NCBI GenBank assembly: GCA_963674695.2
Contig: CAXXGI010000002.1
Span: 736,001-800,000 of the forward strand
Direction: 5' to 3'
Origin: a bacterium
Lineage (GTDB): Bacteria; UBA10199; 2-02-FULL-44-16; JAAZCA01
DNA: 64,000 nucleotides
The first letter of the stretch is position 1, and each line of letters begins with the position of its first letter. Both the position numbers and the translations under genes were made by a program. Below, piece by piece: positions 1 through 10,635 of this stretch. Below the pieces are notes generated by a model. That model saw only the letters and a list, made by a program, of their open reading frames with translations, had not been told where the DNA came from and did not search any database.

Positions 1-564
<564 letters not shown>

Positions 565-588
565 ACGGCGAAGAGAATGTTCATTTGG

Positions 589-663
589 TGTCATTCCCGC
601 GGGTGGAAGCGGGAATCTCGATTGTGATTGTCCGTCGAGATCCCCGCGTTCGCGGGGATGACA
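589..663. repeat. REP-like inverted doublet, family A
   Basis: TGTCATTCCCGCG..GCGGGAATCTCGA...TCGAGATCCCCGCG..GCGGGGATGACA; further copies elsewhere in the window. Confidence 0.85.
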
Positions 664-687
664 ACGCCAAGGGAAGACGGAGTGTAT

Positions 688-1956
<1,269 letters not shown>

Positions 1957-1960
1957 ATTT

Positions 1961-2081
1961 CGTGAGACGGCTGAATCGTGAGGTGGCAAAATCGTGAGAT
2001 AGCGATATGGCTTAATGGCAAGATAGCTTAATTACAAAGAGCATTTAGCCATCTCGCTATTGAGCTATCTCACTATCTCAC
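1961..2081. repeat. Two-armed degenerate 8-mer tandem element (GTGAGATA-like left arm, CTATCTCA-like right arm)
   Basis: Left arm gtgagacgg..gtgagatagcgatatgg, right arm ccatctcgctat..ctatctcactatctcac; related copy at 17760-17847. Confidence 0.65.
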
Positions 2082-2094
2082 CAGAGAGGATCTT

Positions 2095-4602
2095 ATGACC
2101 GACAAATTGCCGAAGGATGAGAAGGGTGAAAAAATTGCGCCGGAGCGGAAGATCGATGGACCGGTAGTGGTGCCGCTGTTGCCGCTGCGCGACATCGTCG
2201 TCTTTCCGTATATGGTCGTGCCGCTCTTCGTCGGGCGCGAGAAGTCGATTGCCGCGCTCGAAGAGGCCATGAACAAGGAGAAGGATATCCTGCTCTCCGC
2301 ACAGATCAATCCGAAGACGAACGATCCGAAGGAAGACGATATCTACAAGGTCGGCACGCTCTCCTCCATCATCCAGCTGCTGCGTCTTCCGGATGGCACG
2401 GTGAAGGTGCTCGTCGAAGGGCGCAAGCGGGCCTGCATCAATCAGTATCTGTCCAACCCGAACTTCTTCCAGGTCGAGGCCGAGGCCTTCCAGGCGGAAG
2501 GGGAGGTGACCGTCGAGATCGAGGCGCTCATGCGCGGGGTGAAGAGCACCTTCGAACAGTACGTGAAGCTCAATAAGCGCATTCCGCCAGAGATGCTTGC
2601 GTCTGTCTCCACCATTGAGGATCCTTCGCGGCTTGCCGACACAATCGTTGCGCACCTGTCGCTCAAACTCCCCGACAAACAGAGCATCCTCGAAGTGATC
2701 TCGCCGGCTGACCGCCTGGAAAAGCTCCTCTCGCTCATGCAGTCCGAGATCGAGATTCTGCAGGTCGAGCGCCGCATTCGGTCGCGCGTGAAGAAGCAGA
2801 TGGAGAAGACGCAGCGCGAGTACTATCTCAACGAACAGATGCAGGCCATTCAGAAGGAGTTGGGTGAACGCGACGAGTTCAAGAGCGAGATTGCTGAACT
2901 GGAGGAGAAGGCAAAACAGAAGGAGCTCTCCACCGAAGCCAAGGATCGCGTCGCCAAGGAGATCAAGAAGCTCAAGATGATGAGCCCGATGTCCGCCGAG
3001 GCGACGGTGGTGCGCAACTATATCGATTGGGTGCTCTCGCTTCCCTGGGAGGAACTCACCAAGGATAAGCTCGATATTAAGGAAGCGGAGAAGATTCTCA
3101 ACGAGGATCACTATGGGTTGGAGCAGCCCAAGGAGCGCATCATCGAATATCTCGCGGTGCGCACGCTGGTGGAAAAGATGAAGGGCCCGATCCTCTGCTT
3201 TGTAGGACCTCCGGGGGTGGGAAAGACGTCGCTCGGTCGTTCCATCTCGCGCGCCATGGGCCGCAAGTTCATCCGACTCTCTTTGGGCGGCGTGCGCGAT
3301 GAGGCCGAAATTCGCGGGCACCGGCGTACCTACATCGGCGCAATGCCGGGCAAGGTGATTCAGAGCCTTAAAAAAGCCGGTTCCTGTAACCCCGTTTTTC
3401 TGCTCGACGAGGTCGATAAGATGAGCATGGACTTTCGCGGCGATCCCTCCGCGGCGCTCCTCGAGGTGCTCGATCCGGAACAGAACTCTACGTTCAACGA
3501 TCACTATCTTGATCTCGACTTTGATCTGTCGCACGTCATGTTCATCACCACGGCCAACACGTTGCCGTCCATCCCCATGCCGCTGCGGGATCGCATGGAG
3601 ATCATCCGTATTCCGGGCTATACCGAACTCGAAAAACTCAAGATCGCGCAGATCTATTTGGTGCGCAAACAGCGCGAAGCCAACGGCTTGACCGAGAAGA
3701 ATATCAGTTTCACGGAGAGCGCGCTCAAGTATGTCGTTCGTCACTACACGCGGGAGGCGGGCGTGCGTAACCTCGAGCGCGAGGTCGCCTCGATCTGCCG
3801 CAAGGTGGCGCGCGAGGTCGCACGGTCGGGCAATCGCGACAAACTCATCCGGATCACGCCCAAGAAGGTGCAGCAGTATCTGGGCGTTCCGAAGTTTCAT
3901 TTTGGTCTGGTCGAGGAGCACGACCAGATCGGCATGACCACGGGGCTGGCCTGGACGGAAGTCGGCGGGGAACTTTTGCAGACCGAGGTGAGCGTCATGC
4001 CCGGAAAGGGGAAACTCATCGTCACCGGAAAGTTGGGCGAGGTCATGCAGGAGTCGGCGCAGGCAGCGATGAGCTATGTCCGTTCACGCGCGGACGATCT
4101 GGGGCTCGGGCGCGACTTTTACGACAAGCTCGACATCCATATCCACCTCCCCGAGGGGGCGATCCCCAAGGACGGCCCGTCGGCCGGTATCACCATGGCC
4201 ACCGCCATCGCCTCCGCACTCCTCAAAATTCCGGTGCGCAAGGATGTCGCCATGACCGGCGAGATCACGCTGCGCGGGCGCGTATTGCCGATCGGCGGTT
4301 TGAAGGAAAAACTCCTGGCCGCGCATCGGGGTAAGATCAAGAAGGTGCTCGTGCCGAAGGAGAACAAGAGGGATTTGAAGGAGATTCCAAAGAAAATCCT
4401 CAAGGAACTCGATATCGTGCTGGTGGAACACATGGATGACGTTCTCGCCAATGCGTTGGCGATGGATGATCCGAAGCGGCTCTTTCGCCACAACAAAGAG
4501 CACAAGCTGATCGGCGGAGACGGAGAGGGTGCAAAGAAGGCGCGCGCCAAACCCGCCGCGCGCAGCCGTAGGCGTAACACCGAGCCGAGGGTGGTGGTCT
4601 GA
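2095..4602 (+). CDS. lon: Lon protease
   Basis: [11 protein letters not shown]-domain, GPPGVGKTS Walker A, PKDGPSAG catalytic Ser, IGGLKEK catalytic Lys. Confidence 0.98.
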   Translation: MTDKLPKDEKGEKIAPERKIDGPVVVPLLPLRDIVVFPYMVVPLFVGREKSIAALEEAMNKEKDILLSAQINPKTNDPKEDDIYKVGTLSSIIQLLRLPDGTVKVLVEGRKRACINQYLSNPNFFQVEAEAFQAEGEVTVEIEALMRGVKSTFEQYVKLNKRIPPEMLASVSTIEDPSRLADTIVAHLSLKLPDKQSILEVISPADRLEKLLSLMQSEIEILQVERRIRSRVKKQMEKTQREYYLNEQMQAIQKELGERDEFKSEIAELEEKAKQKELSTEAKDRVAKEIKKLKMMSPMSAEATVVRNYIDWVLSLPWEELTKDKLDIKEAEKILNEDHYGLEQPKERIIEYLAVRTLVEKMKGPILCFVGPPGVGKTSLGRSISRAMGRKFIRLSLGGVRDEAEIRGHRRTYIGAMPGKVIQSLKKAGSCNPVFLLDEVDKMSMDFRGDPSAALLEVLDPEQNSTFNDHYLDLDFDLSHVMFITTANTLPSIPMPLRDRMEIIRIPGYTELEKLKIAQIYLVRKQREANGLTEKNISFTESALKYVVRHYTREAGVRNLEREVASICRKVAREVARSGNRDKLIRITPKKVQQYLGVPKFHFGLVEEHDQIGMTTGLAWTEVGGELLQTEVSVMPGKGKLIVTGKLGEVMQESAQAAMSYVRSRADDLGLGRDFYDKLDIHIHLPEGAIPKDGPSAGITMATAIASALLKIPVRKDVAMTGEITLRGRVLPIGGLKEKLLAAHRGKIKKVLVPKENKRDLKEIPKKILKELDIVLVEHMDDVLANALAMDDPKRLFRHNKEHKLIGGDGEGAKKARAKPAARSRRRNTEPRVVV

Positions 4603-4648
4603 AATAGGCCCGCCGGAGGCGGGTCAGACTGCTGACAAAGTCCCATGA

Positions 4649-4774
4649 TGTCATTCCGAGCGGACCCGGCATCGTATGATGCCGGGGAAGTCGAGGAATC
4701 TCATGAGATCCCTCCACTCCCTCGTGCAACTCGGTCGGTCGGGATGACAAACCCTGTTGTTGTCCGGAATGACA
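4649..4774. repeat. REP-like inverted doublet, family B
   Basis: TGTCATTCCGAGCG...GTCGAGGAATCTCATGAGATCCCTCC...CGGGATGACA; related to 8157-8252 (shared CCGGCATCRTAYGATGCCGG hairpin) and 38550-38639. Confidence 0.8.
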
Positions 4775-4789
4775 AAACCGCGTCTCTCG

Positions 4790-5848
4790 CTAGCGTTTAA
4801 TCTCCCATCCCTTCGCGTGTGCTTCGAGCAGGATCTTCTTACGAAACCCCCCACAGATGAATCGATGATAGGGCGTGTTCTTGCCGATGACCCTGCGCCA
4901 GGCGCTGTTCGAGGCCGCCGCGATTGAATCCATGACGAGCGTCTGTTCGTGCATCGCGCCGTCGACGGATACGCGCACCGGGATGTAGACGCGCGTGCCG
5001 AAGTTGAACATCAGCTCCGCGCTCTCTCGCGCGCGTCCCTCGACGTCGACGCATTCGCTGCGCAGCGTCCAGGCGCTCCAGCCGTTTCCCGTAAAACCCC
5101 GCATGATGAAGTCCATCTTGATACCAAACGGTTTGAAGACGTAGATGTGATGATAGGCATCCACGAAGTTTCGGCCCTTTTCATCGGTTCCTTCCCCGCA
5201 CCGAACCGGGGGGCTGACGTAATAGGTGTAGAGGGGGGCGGCCTCCAGCCGATCGAGGTAGGTCTGCGCCGATGCGGCCGGCAGATCGACGGCGAACATC
5301 GTGGCGGGCATGCCGCCCCCCCGGTCTAACTCGATCCAGACATCGTCGCAGGAGTCGATCGTGTTGAAGACCGGCGAGGTTTCCCAGTCGTAATGTTCGG
5401 GGCAGGCGCGCTCGAGTTTGAAACGCTTGGCGATGACGCCGAGTGGCAGCGCCTCCCTCGGCGTCATGCTCTCCCCCTTATGCTTGTTGCGCAGCTCGTT
5501 GTGATTTTCCCTCTTGGCGAAATTTGAGCTGGTCACCGCCGTCAGGATAGTGTCCTGCGTCAGCATGCCGTTGAGGAGGCTCCCAAAGATCCATTTGCGA
5601 TCGGCCGGAAAGTGTTCATAGCCCGTTCGAATGCTCGCGGCCAGGCGTGAGCGAGTGCGGTCGCGCACCGCCTTGAGCCCATCATCGTCGATGCTGCAGG
5701 TGAGCGCCCCATCGTCGCCCGTGGTGCAGCTGACATCGGCGGCCGATGGAAGGGCGATGCTCTTGATCTGTATCGGTTTCTCCTCAGGAGGGATCTGGGC
5801 GACGGCTGCGTCTCCCTGTGGACCCCCTGCAATAATCCGATCTGACAT
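4790..5848 (-). CDS. Hypothetical protein (C-terminal half weakly SRPBCC/START-like)
   Basis: Long ORF; start MSDRIIAGG follows a G-rich RBS-like site; fold assignment is a guess. Confidence 0.65.
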   Translation of the reverse strand: MSDRIIAGGPQGDAAVAQIPPEEKPIQIKSIALPSAADVSCTTGDDGALTCSIDDDGLKAVRDRTRSRLAASIRTGYEHFPADRKWIFGSLLNGMLTQDTILTAVTSSNFAKRENHNELRNKHKGESMTPREALPLGVIAKRFKLERACPEHYDWETSPVFNTIDSCDDVWIELDRGGGMPATMFAVDLPAASAQTYLDRLEAAPLYTYYVSPPVRCGEGTDEKGRNFVDAYHHIYVFKPFGIKMDFIMRGFTGNGWSAWTLRSECVDVEGRARESAELMFNFGTRVYIPVRVSVDGAMHEQTLVMDSIAAASNSAWRRVIGKNTPYHRFICGGFRKKILLEAHAKGWEIKR

Positions 5849-6042
5849 ATGTTTTTCCCCCACGTCGTTTTCCCGTTGATACAGAAAGGGCGGAAGTTGG
5901 TAAAGACGCGCCGCTTCCATGCGCGCGACGGACAGAGAGACTTGCCCGCAAACGGCGGGCAAGTCAATCTCTGCAGCCTATTGCACTGCGCAACGTCTTT
6001 GACGCGATGGCGGGGTTCACGTGGGGGGGAGGCGTCATTCTC

Positions 6043-6492
6043 TTACGTCAGAGGTGGACGGGCGAGGATGTTGCGGGCGAGGGCGAGAAACCGTTCGGCA
6101 GACGCAACGAGTTTTCGCGCGCCGTTCTCGGAAAAGTCGTCGCTGTAGTCTGCATTTTCGCGCATCTGTTTGGCCATCTGGAAGTCTTCGATCAGGCGAT
6201 GGAAGGGGTCGCCCTCTCCCGCATAGAGATGCGCGACGGCGATGCGCAGGCATCGGTGGTGATGTTCGCGAAATCCCTTGGCGAAGAGGAGCGCGCGCGC
6301 CGTGTGGAACATCGAATAGTAGGCCTGGATCGTCGACCACTTCCATCGCGCGCGGTCGATGCCCTCTCGCGCTTCGGTCAGATCGCTCTCGGCGGTTCCG
6401 AGTTCCTTCTGCACCAGCTTCGGTCCGTTTGCGAAGGCGGCGATATGATTCTTCTGCACGCATTCCTGAAACTGCTGTTCTATGTTTCCCAT
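6043..6492 (-). CDS. HEPN domain protein (toxin of HEPN/MNT pair)
   Basis: WSTIQAYYSMFHTARALL..H and RENADY are typical HEPN segments; overlaps the MNT gene. Confidence 0.85.
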   Translation of the reverse strand: MGNIEQQFQECVQKNHIAAFANGPKLVQKELGTAESDLTEAREGIDRARWKWSTIQAYYSMFHTARALLFAKGFREHHHRCLRIAVAHLYAGEGDPFHRLIEDFQMAKQMRENADYSDDFSENGARKLVASAERFLALARNILARPPLT

Positions 6493-7016
6493 AGGACGAT
6501 TCCCTTTCTGATCTCTTCCGCAAGAACGGGTTCTCCTTCATCGAGTGAGAGCATTTGTTCGGGCGTCTTGTAGAGCGTCTGAACCCGTTCGGCGATGGTG
6601 CTTTCGTCGACCATTCTTTGGACGGCACGGGTATCAGTGGTCACGACGATCAGGTCGAAGTCGCTTTTCGCATGACTCGTTCCCTGCGCGCGGCTGCCGA
6701 AGAGGACGATCTTCGATGCGATCGGTTTGATTCGATCAATGAGCGGTTCGAGGACAAGGAGGTTGGAGAGGATGCGAAAAGGAACGAGCCATGCATGCGT
6801 TCCATTGAGCCGGTTGAAGCAGCGACGCCCGCGATGGATCCGTTCGGTGACACCCATATCGGCGAGTTTTACCAGAGCCTGGTGAACGGCGGCACGCTTC
6901 ACCGCGACGGCGCGTTCGGTTACCTCTGCATCGGAGAGCTCTCCCCCGTCCTGGAGGAGGACATCCAAAACGCGTAGTAGAGGCGTGCTAAAGAGTTGAT
7001 ATTTAATGTCTTCCAT
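6480..7016 (-). CDS. HTH-fused minimal nucleotidyltransferase (MNT antitoxin)
   Basis: LFGSRAQGTSHAKSDFD matches GS-x10-DxD; N-terminal winged-HTH-like region; alternative start at 7034. Confidence 0.85.
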   Translation of the reverse strand: MEDIKYQLFSTPLLRVLDVLLQDGGELSDAEVTERAVAVKRAAVHQALVKLADMGVTERIHRGRRCFNRLNGTHAWLVPFRILSNLLVLEPLIDRIKPIASKIVLFGSRAQGTSHAKSDFDLIVVTTDTRAVQRMVDESTIAERVQTLYKTPEQMLSLDEGEPVLAEEIRKGIVLWET

Positions 7017-7027
7017 ATATACAGAAT

Positions 7028-7045
7028 TATCCATATATATGGATA
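7028..7045. promoter_or_regulatory. Perfect 18-bp palindrome, putative autoregulatory operator of MNT-HEPN
   Basis: TATCCATATATATGGATA directly upstream of the MNT start; a degenerate second site is at about 7012-7025. Confidence 0.6.
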
Positions 7046-7104
7046 TAAATGCAACCCGTTTTTTTGGGGGGAAGAGTCAATCTACGGGAAGGGAAGGGAG
7101 GCCC

Positions 7105-7452
7105 TCAACACGTTAGATGCAGCGCGCAGACGGTCTGCGCCCGCTCCTCGTCGGTGAGCGCATTGAATTCGCCCACGGCCTCAGGCGTCGGTGCGGCGAT
7201 GAGTTCGATGCCCAATGTTTCGCATGCGCCGCGCACCTCGGGCAGGACCTGGCACTTCCCGTTCGCTCCCGTACCGATGATGAGGCGTGCGGGCTTCGGG
7301 TCGAGAAAGACGGCCAGGTCGAAGAGCGAGACCTCGTGCCCCGACTTTCGCCACCAGCCGGGGCGAACGCCCGTGGGCGTGATGACGATGTCGTCCTCAT
7401 AGGTCTTCCCGTCGATCTCGATTTTTCCGAATTGATAGCTCGTGATCTGCAT
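7105..7452 (-). CDS. Mth938-like domain protein
   Basis: ITSYQFGKIEIDGKTYEDDIVI...WWRKSGH...LIIGTG...ALHLTC. Confidence 0.88.
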   Translation of the reverse strand: MQITSYQFGKIEIDGKTYEDDIVITPTGVRPGWWRKSGHEVSLFDLAVFLDPKPARLIIGTGANGKCQVLPEVRGACETLGIELIAAPTPEAVGEFNALTDEERAQTVCALHLTC

Positions 7453-7508
7453 GGAGGAGCATTTTACACCCCTTGAACCTCCCGTCAATCCATGCCAGGG
7501 TGGTGACC

Positions 7509-8057
7509 ATGATTCGCATTATTCGCACGCCGGTTCGCGTCCTCGTCTTCATCGTTTGTTTTGTCATCACCTACCTGGAGATGGCGGCCGACTGGATCAT
7601 CGGCGTGCGCGCTCGCACCGAGTATGTGCGCGAGGGGAAGTGCAAGCGCTGCGGGCGCTGTTGCCAGGCGCTCGCACTCATCATGCCCCGTGGCATGGCC
7701 CGACGCGATTGGCTCGTGCGTGCGGTGAGCTGGTGTCACGGCGTTGCGCTCAATTTTTACTATATCGCCGAGGAGGAGAACTGGCTGATCTACGGGTGCA
7801 ACTATTATAAAAACGGGTGCTCTATCTATCCCTTCCGCCACCGGATCTGTCGCAGCTTTCCGCGTCAGCAGCTCTACGGTCATCCCAACGTCCATCCCGA
7901 CTGCGGCTTCTCGTTTGTGCGACGCGATGTCTGGGAACGTCGTCGCGCGGAGAAGGAGGCGGGGAAGACCCCGTTCGATGCGGTCATCGCCCGCGAACGC
8001 GCCGCCCTCGCCGAGCGCCGCAGCCCCGCACCGCCGTCGTGCACGCACACGCCGTAA
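7509..8057 (+). CDS. YkgJ-family (CxxCxxCC) cysteine cluster protein with N-terminal hydrophobic segment
   Basis: CKRCGRCC...CSIYPFRHRICRSFP...CGF. Confidence 0.8.
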   Translation: MIRIIRTPVRVLVFIVCFVITYLEMAADWIIGVRARTEYVREGKCKRCGRCCQALALIMPRGMARRDWLVRAVSWCHGVALNFYYIAEEENWLIYGCNYYKNGCSIYPFRHRICRSFPRQQLYGHPNVHPDCGFSFVRRDVWERRRAEKEAGKTPFDAVIARERAALAERRSPAPPSCTHTP

Positions 8058-8156
8058 GGGGGTGTGGTTTGATATCCGGGGGTGGCGGTGAAAGGGCGTT
8101 GTGGTCATTATAATTACCAATTGGTAATATAAGAGGGTGATGACAAACCTGGGTGT

Positions 8157-8252
8157 TGTCATCCTGAGCGAGGCCGGAACGGACGAGTCGAAGGATCTCA
8201 TGAGACTCCTCGACTCCCCCGGCATCATACGATGCCGGGTCCGCTCGGAATG
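8157..8252. repeat. REP-like doublet, family B
   Basis: Inverted relative of 4649-4749. Confidence 0.8.
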
Positions 8253-8429
8253 GGTGCGATCGATGCTGCCATCGGGGTGAAGGTTGTTCGCGGCGCCCTC
8301 CCTCCTGCACACATACGCCATGAGGTTTGTTTTCACGTGTTTTGCCTCAAACGCGAACCGCCCGCGTCCGGAAAGGAGCGGGCGGTTATAGGATTCAACT
8401 CGTTGCGGGGGATCGTACTCCTGTCGCGA

Positions 8430-9413
8430 TCATCCCCCTTTGTGGTATGCAGTCGGGAGGGCCGCCGCGTTGACGAAGTCGCGTTCGTAAAAACCGTCGA
8501 GATGCCTTTGCAGTCCGTCCGCCAACAACCCCGATGTGATCATCGCGTGTGCGGCGTCGGTGGAGACGTTGTTCGGAAACGCATCGGCGAAGCCGCGCAG
8601 GAGTGTGAGGTGTGCCGAAGCGCTGGTGTCGATCGCCGCGAGCGCTTTCTTGCGATTGGTGGGAAGATTGAGCCAGTTTGTGACCTTTCGGCTGCTGGCA
8701 TTCGTGAGATAGGTAGTGGATGCCGACATTATAGCTAATCCGAACATGAGGCCACCGGCAACAGCACTGGGAATGCTACCATTATTCACTGTGTTTTGTA
8801 TGATGTTTTGTATGCCAAAGATTCCAACTAAAATGGAGGGCCAATACGCAGCCTGTTTTTTGGCCAACCTCTGTACTTCTGAGAGCGCATACAAATTTTC
8901 ATAGATGTTGATCCCCATCGCGTGCGCGAAGAGTGCGCCCGACTCGGGCGTGATGACGCCGCGATCGCTCGCGCGTTTGACCATCGGACCGTTAAGCGCC
9001 TCGTGGAGGAGGATGCCCTGTCCGGCACCATCGCGTCCGCCAAGGCGCTCGGCGTGCGTCGGAAAGAGCGGAAGCCCCGCTGCGTGACTACTGACCTTGA
9101 GCGCCAGCGCGTCGAGTTTTTCGCTCGCTGCCGGTCTGAGCTTCGAGATGATCGCGGCGGCGCCGTCGGCGTCCGTCGGCGAGACCCTTCCCTCCGCGAC
9201 GAATGCGATCTCGTTGTTCTGGAGCGCCACGTTCATCAGGATGGCGGCATCGTCCACTTGCGGATGGAGCAAGAACGAATCCGTCGTCTCCAGGAGATTC
9301 GCCATCGGGCTCTCCTCCAGAAACGGTTCAGTGTAGTCGGTCGGCATCGTGCTGATGTCCCGCCAGCCGAAGGTCGTCGTTGCCGGATTCATCGCTGTGT
9401 TGAACGTCATCAT
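8430..9413 (-). CDS. Orphan protein with two hydrophobic helices in a low-GC internal segment
   Basis: GGAGG RBS before MMTFNTAMNPATTT; hydrophobic YWPSILVGIFGI and AVAGGLMFGLAIM. Confidence 0.7.
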   Translation of the reverse strand: MMTFNTAMNPATTTFGWRDISTMPTDYTEPFLEESPMANLLETTDSFLLHPQVDDAAILMNVALQNNEIAFVAEGRVSPTDADGAAAIISKLRPAASEKLDALALKVSSHAAGLPLFPTHAERLGGRDGAGQGILLHEALNGPMVKRASDRGVITPESGALFAHAMGINIYENLYALSEVQRLAKKQAAYWPSILVGIFGIQNIIQNTVNNGSIPSAVAGGLMFGLAIMSASTTYLTNASSRKVTNWLNLPTNRKKALAAIDTSASAHLTLLRGFADAFPNNVSTDAAHAMITSGLLADGLQRHLDGFYERDFVNAAALPTAYHKGG

Positions 9414-9460
9414 ATCCTCCTTGCGTCGCTTCTCCCTCGAAGCGCGTCCTTGTACCCCCT

Positions 9461-9487
9461 GTATCGCACCGGGGCAAGAAAAGTTGC
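9461..9487 (-). promoter_or_regulatory. Sigma28-like promoter GCAACTTT-N11-TGCGATAC
   Basis: Same spacing as the FliA consensus TAAAGTTT-N11-GCCGATAA; recurs before other orphans. Confidence 0.5.
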
Positions 9488-9607
9488 GCACAATTTCTAT
9501 TTTGCGAAGAGGGAAGGGTATGCACATCAGAACTGTCGTCGAGGAGGGAAATGCGAGATGGGATACAGACGCCCTTGAAAAAGAACAGAGGACATGAAAG
9601 AAAGTGC

Positions 9608-9637
9608 GCAACTTTTCTGCGGGGGGGGGGGCGATAA
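9608..9637 (+). promoter_or_regulatory. Sigma28-like promoter GCAACTTT-N14-GGCGATAA with a G11 tract
   Basis: Inverted partner of 9461-9487; G run at 9621-9631. Confidence 0.45.
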
Positions 9638-9685
9638 TCACATGTCCGTGATGGCAAACGTAAACGTGAGTTGAAAGGAGATCAT

Positions 9686-10471
9686 ATGGGTATCACGACG
9701 AATCCACGGTGGAGCAAGCTGATGGGATACTGCTCGCAGATGCTTTTCGAATCGGTGAAGACGAAGGACCCGGAGGAGAAGGCGAATCTGGACTTCGCCT
9801 ACACGAAATGCACCGAGGAACTTGCATCGGCCCAGAATGAATCGATTCGTGTCTGCGGAGCGGACGATGCCTGCGAGAACGACTACATGGAGCACCGCAT
9901 GTCGGCGTACATGCGCATGTGCGACCGGGGCAACTTGCGCCGCTGCTATGGTGCGATGTTTCGGGAGAACGAATGGGGGATGTCCTGTATGGATCGGGGT
10001 AGCCTCGTCGATGATCTCTATACGGAGCTTCAGAAACGCGTCGTGAGCGGGCAGAACGTCATCGACGATCATTGGTCGATCGTCGGCGAGAATTACAGCC
10101 CTTTCGGTAACTATGAAGATGCAGAGGGGAACATTGTTTTGCAGTATACTTCCGATAAAGAAGAAGGATACGTCATCGAGGTCGCCAAGGGCGTTCCCAT
10201 CTGGAGAAGGGAAGGGGACAACGCGCATTGGATCGGTCATGTTGACGATCGAAACTCGGGCGTGTATCGAGTGTCCGTCAGGAGGGAGAATGGCGAAGAA
10301 TTGTATCACGCATCCGACGACGGCTGTGGTGAAGCATTCGGTTGCAACTACTGGATCGCAGAAATAACCGATTCGAACAGGCTCGGGAAATCCATTCTGC
10401 AGGCTGGGCTTGATCTCCTGTCGGCCGGAACGATTCCGGTCGGTGATTATCGGATTGGCGGATCGCCATAA
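9686..10471 (+). CDS. Cys-rich orphan protein
   Basis: AAAGGAG RBS; 261-aa ORF; no recognisable family. Confidence 0.7.
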   Translation: MGITTNPRWSKLMGYCSQMLFESVKTKDPEEKANLDFAYTKCTEELASAQNESIRVCGADDACENDYMEHRMSAYMRMCDRGNLRRCYGAMFRENEWGMSCMDRGSLVDDLYTELQKRVVSGQNVIDDHWSIVGENYSPFGNYEDAEGNIVLQYTSDKEEGYVIEVAKGVPIWRREGDNAHWIGHVDDRNSGVYRVSVRRENGEELYHASDDGCGEAFGCNYWIAEITDSNRLGKSILQAGLDLLSAGTIPVGDYRIGGSP

Positions 10472-10635
10472 GCGACCTGGAAGTTTCTTGTCTTTTTCCG
10501 CGACTGATGATCATTAGGACGCGGAGCGATGATCGCACACTTTCCTCAAGGGCATCGATTTTTTCCGCGCCTCCCGCCTTGCCATCCGACCTCTCCAATG
10601 CTATGCCCGCGCGACATTTCAAGGAGACACACACT

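Noticed and set aside
628-687. N-terminal ClpX extension [12 protein letters not shown] (similar extensions on UDG and other ORFs)
   Set aside because: Read-through of REP-like repeats; RBS-supported starts lie downstream
2065-3921. Long antisense ORFs over lon (also over clpX, pckA, preT, aldolase, TolC and RND)
   Set aside because: Typical shadow ORFs of GC-rich coding sequence, with no motifs of their own
4607-4625. Hairpin after lon as an intrinsic terminator
   Set aside because: GC stem present but no U-tract; not called
5849-5910. Sigma28-like motif before the 4790-5848 orphan
   Set aside because: A CCAACTT half-site is present but there is no CGATA box at a compatible spacing
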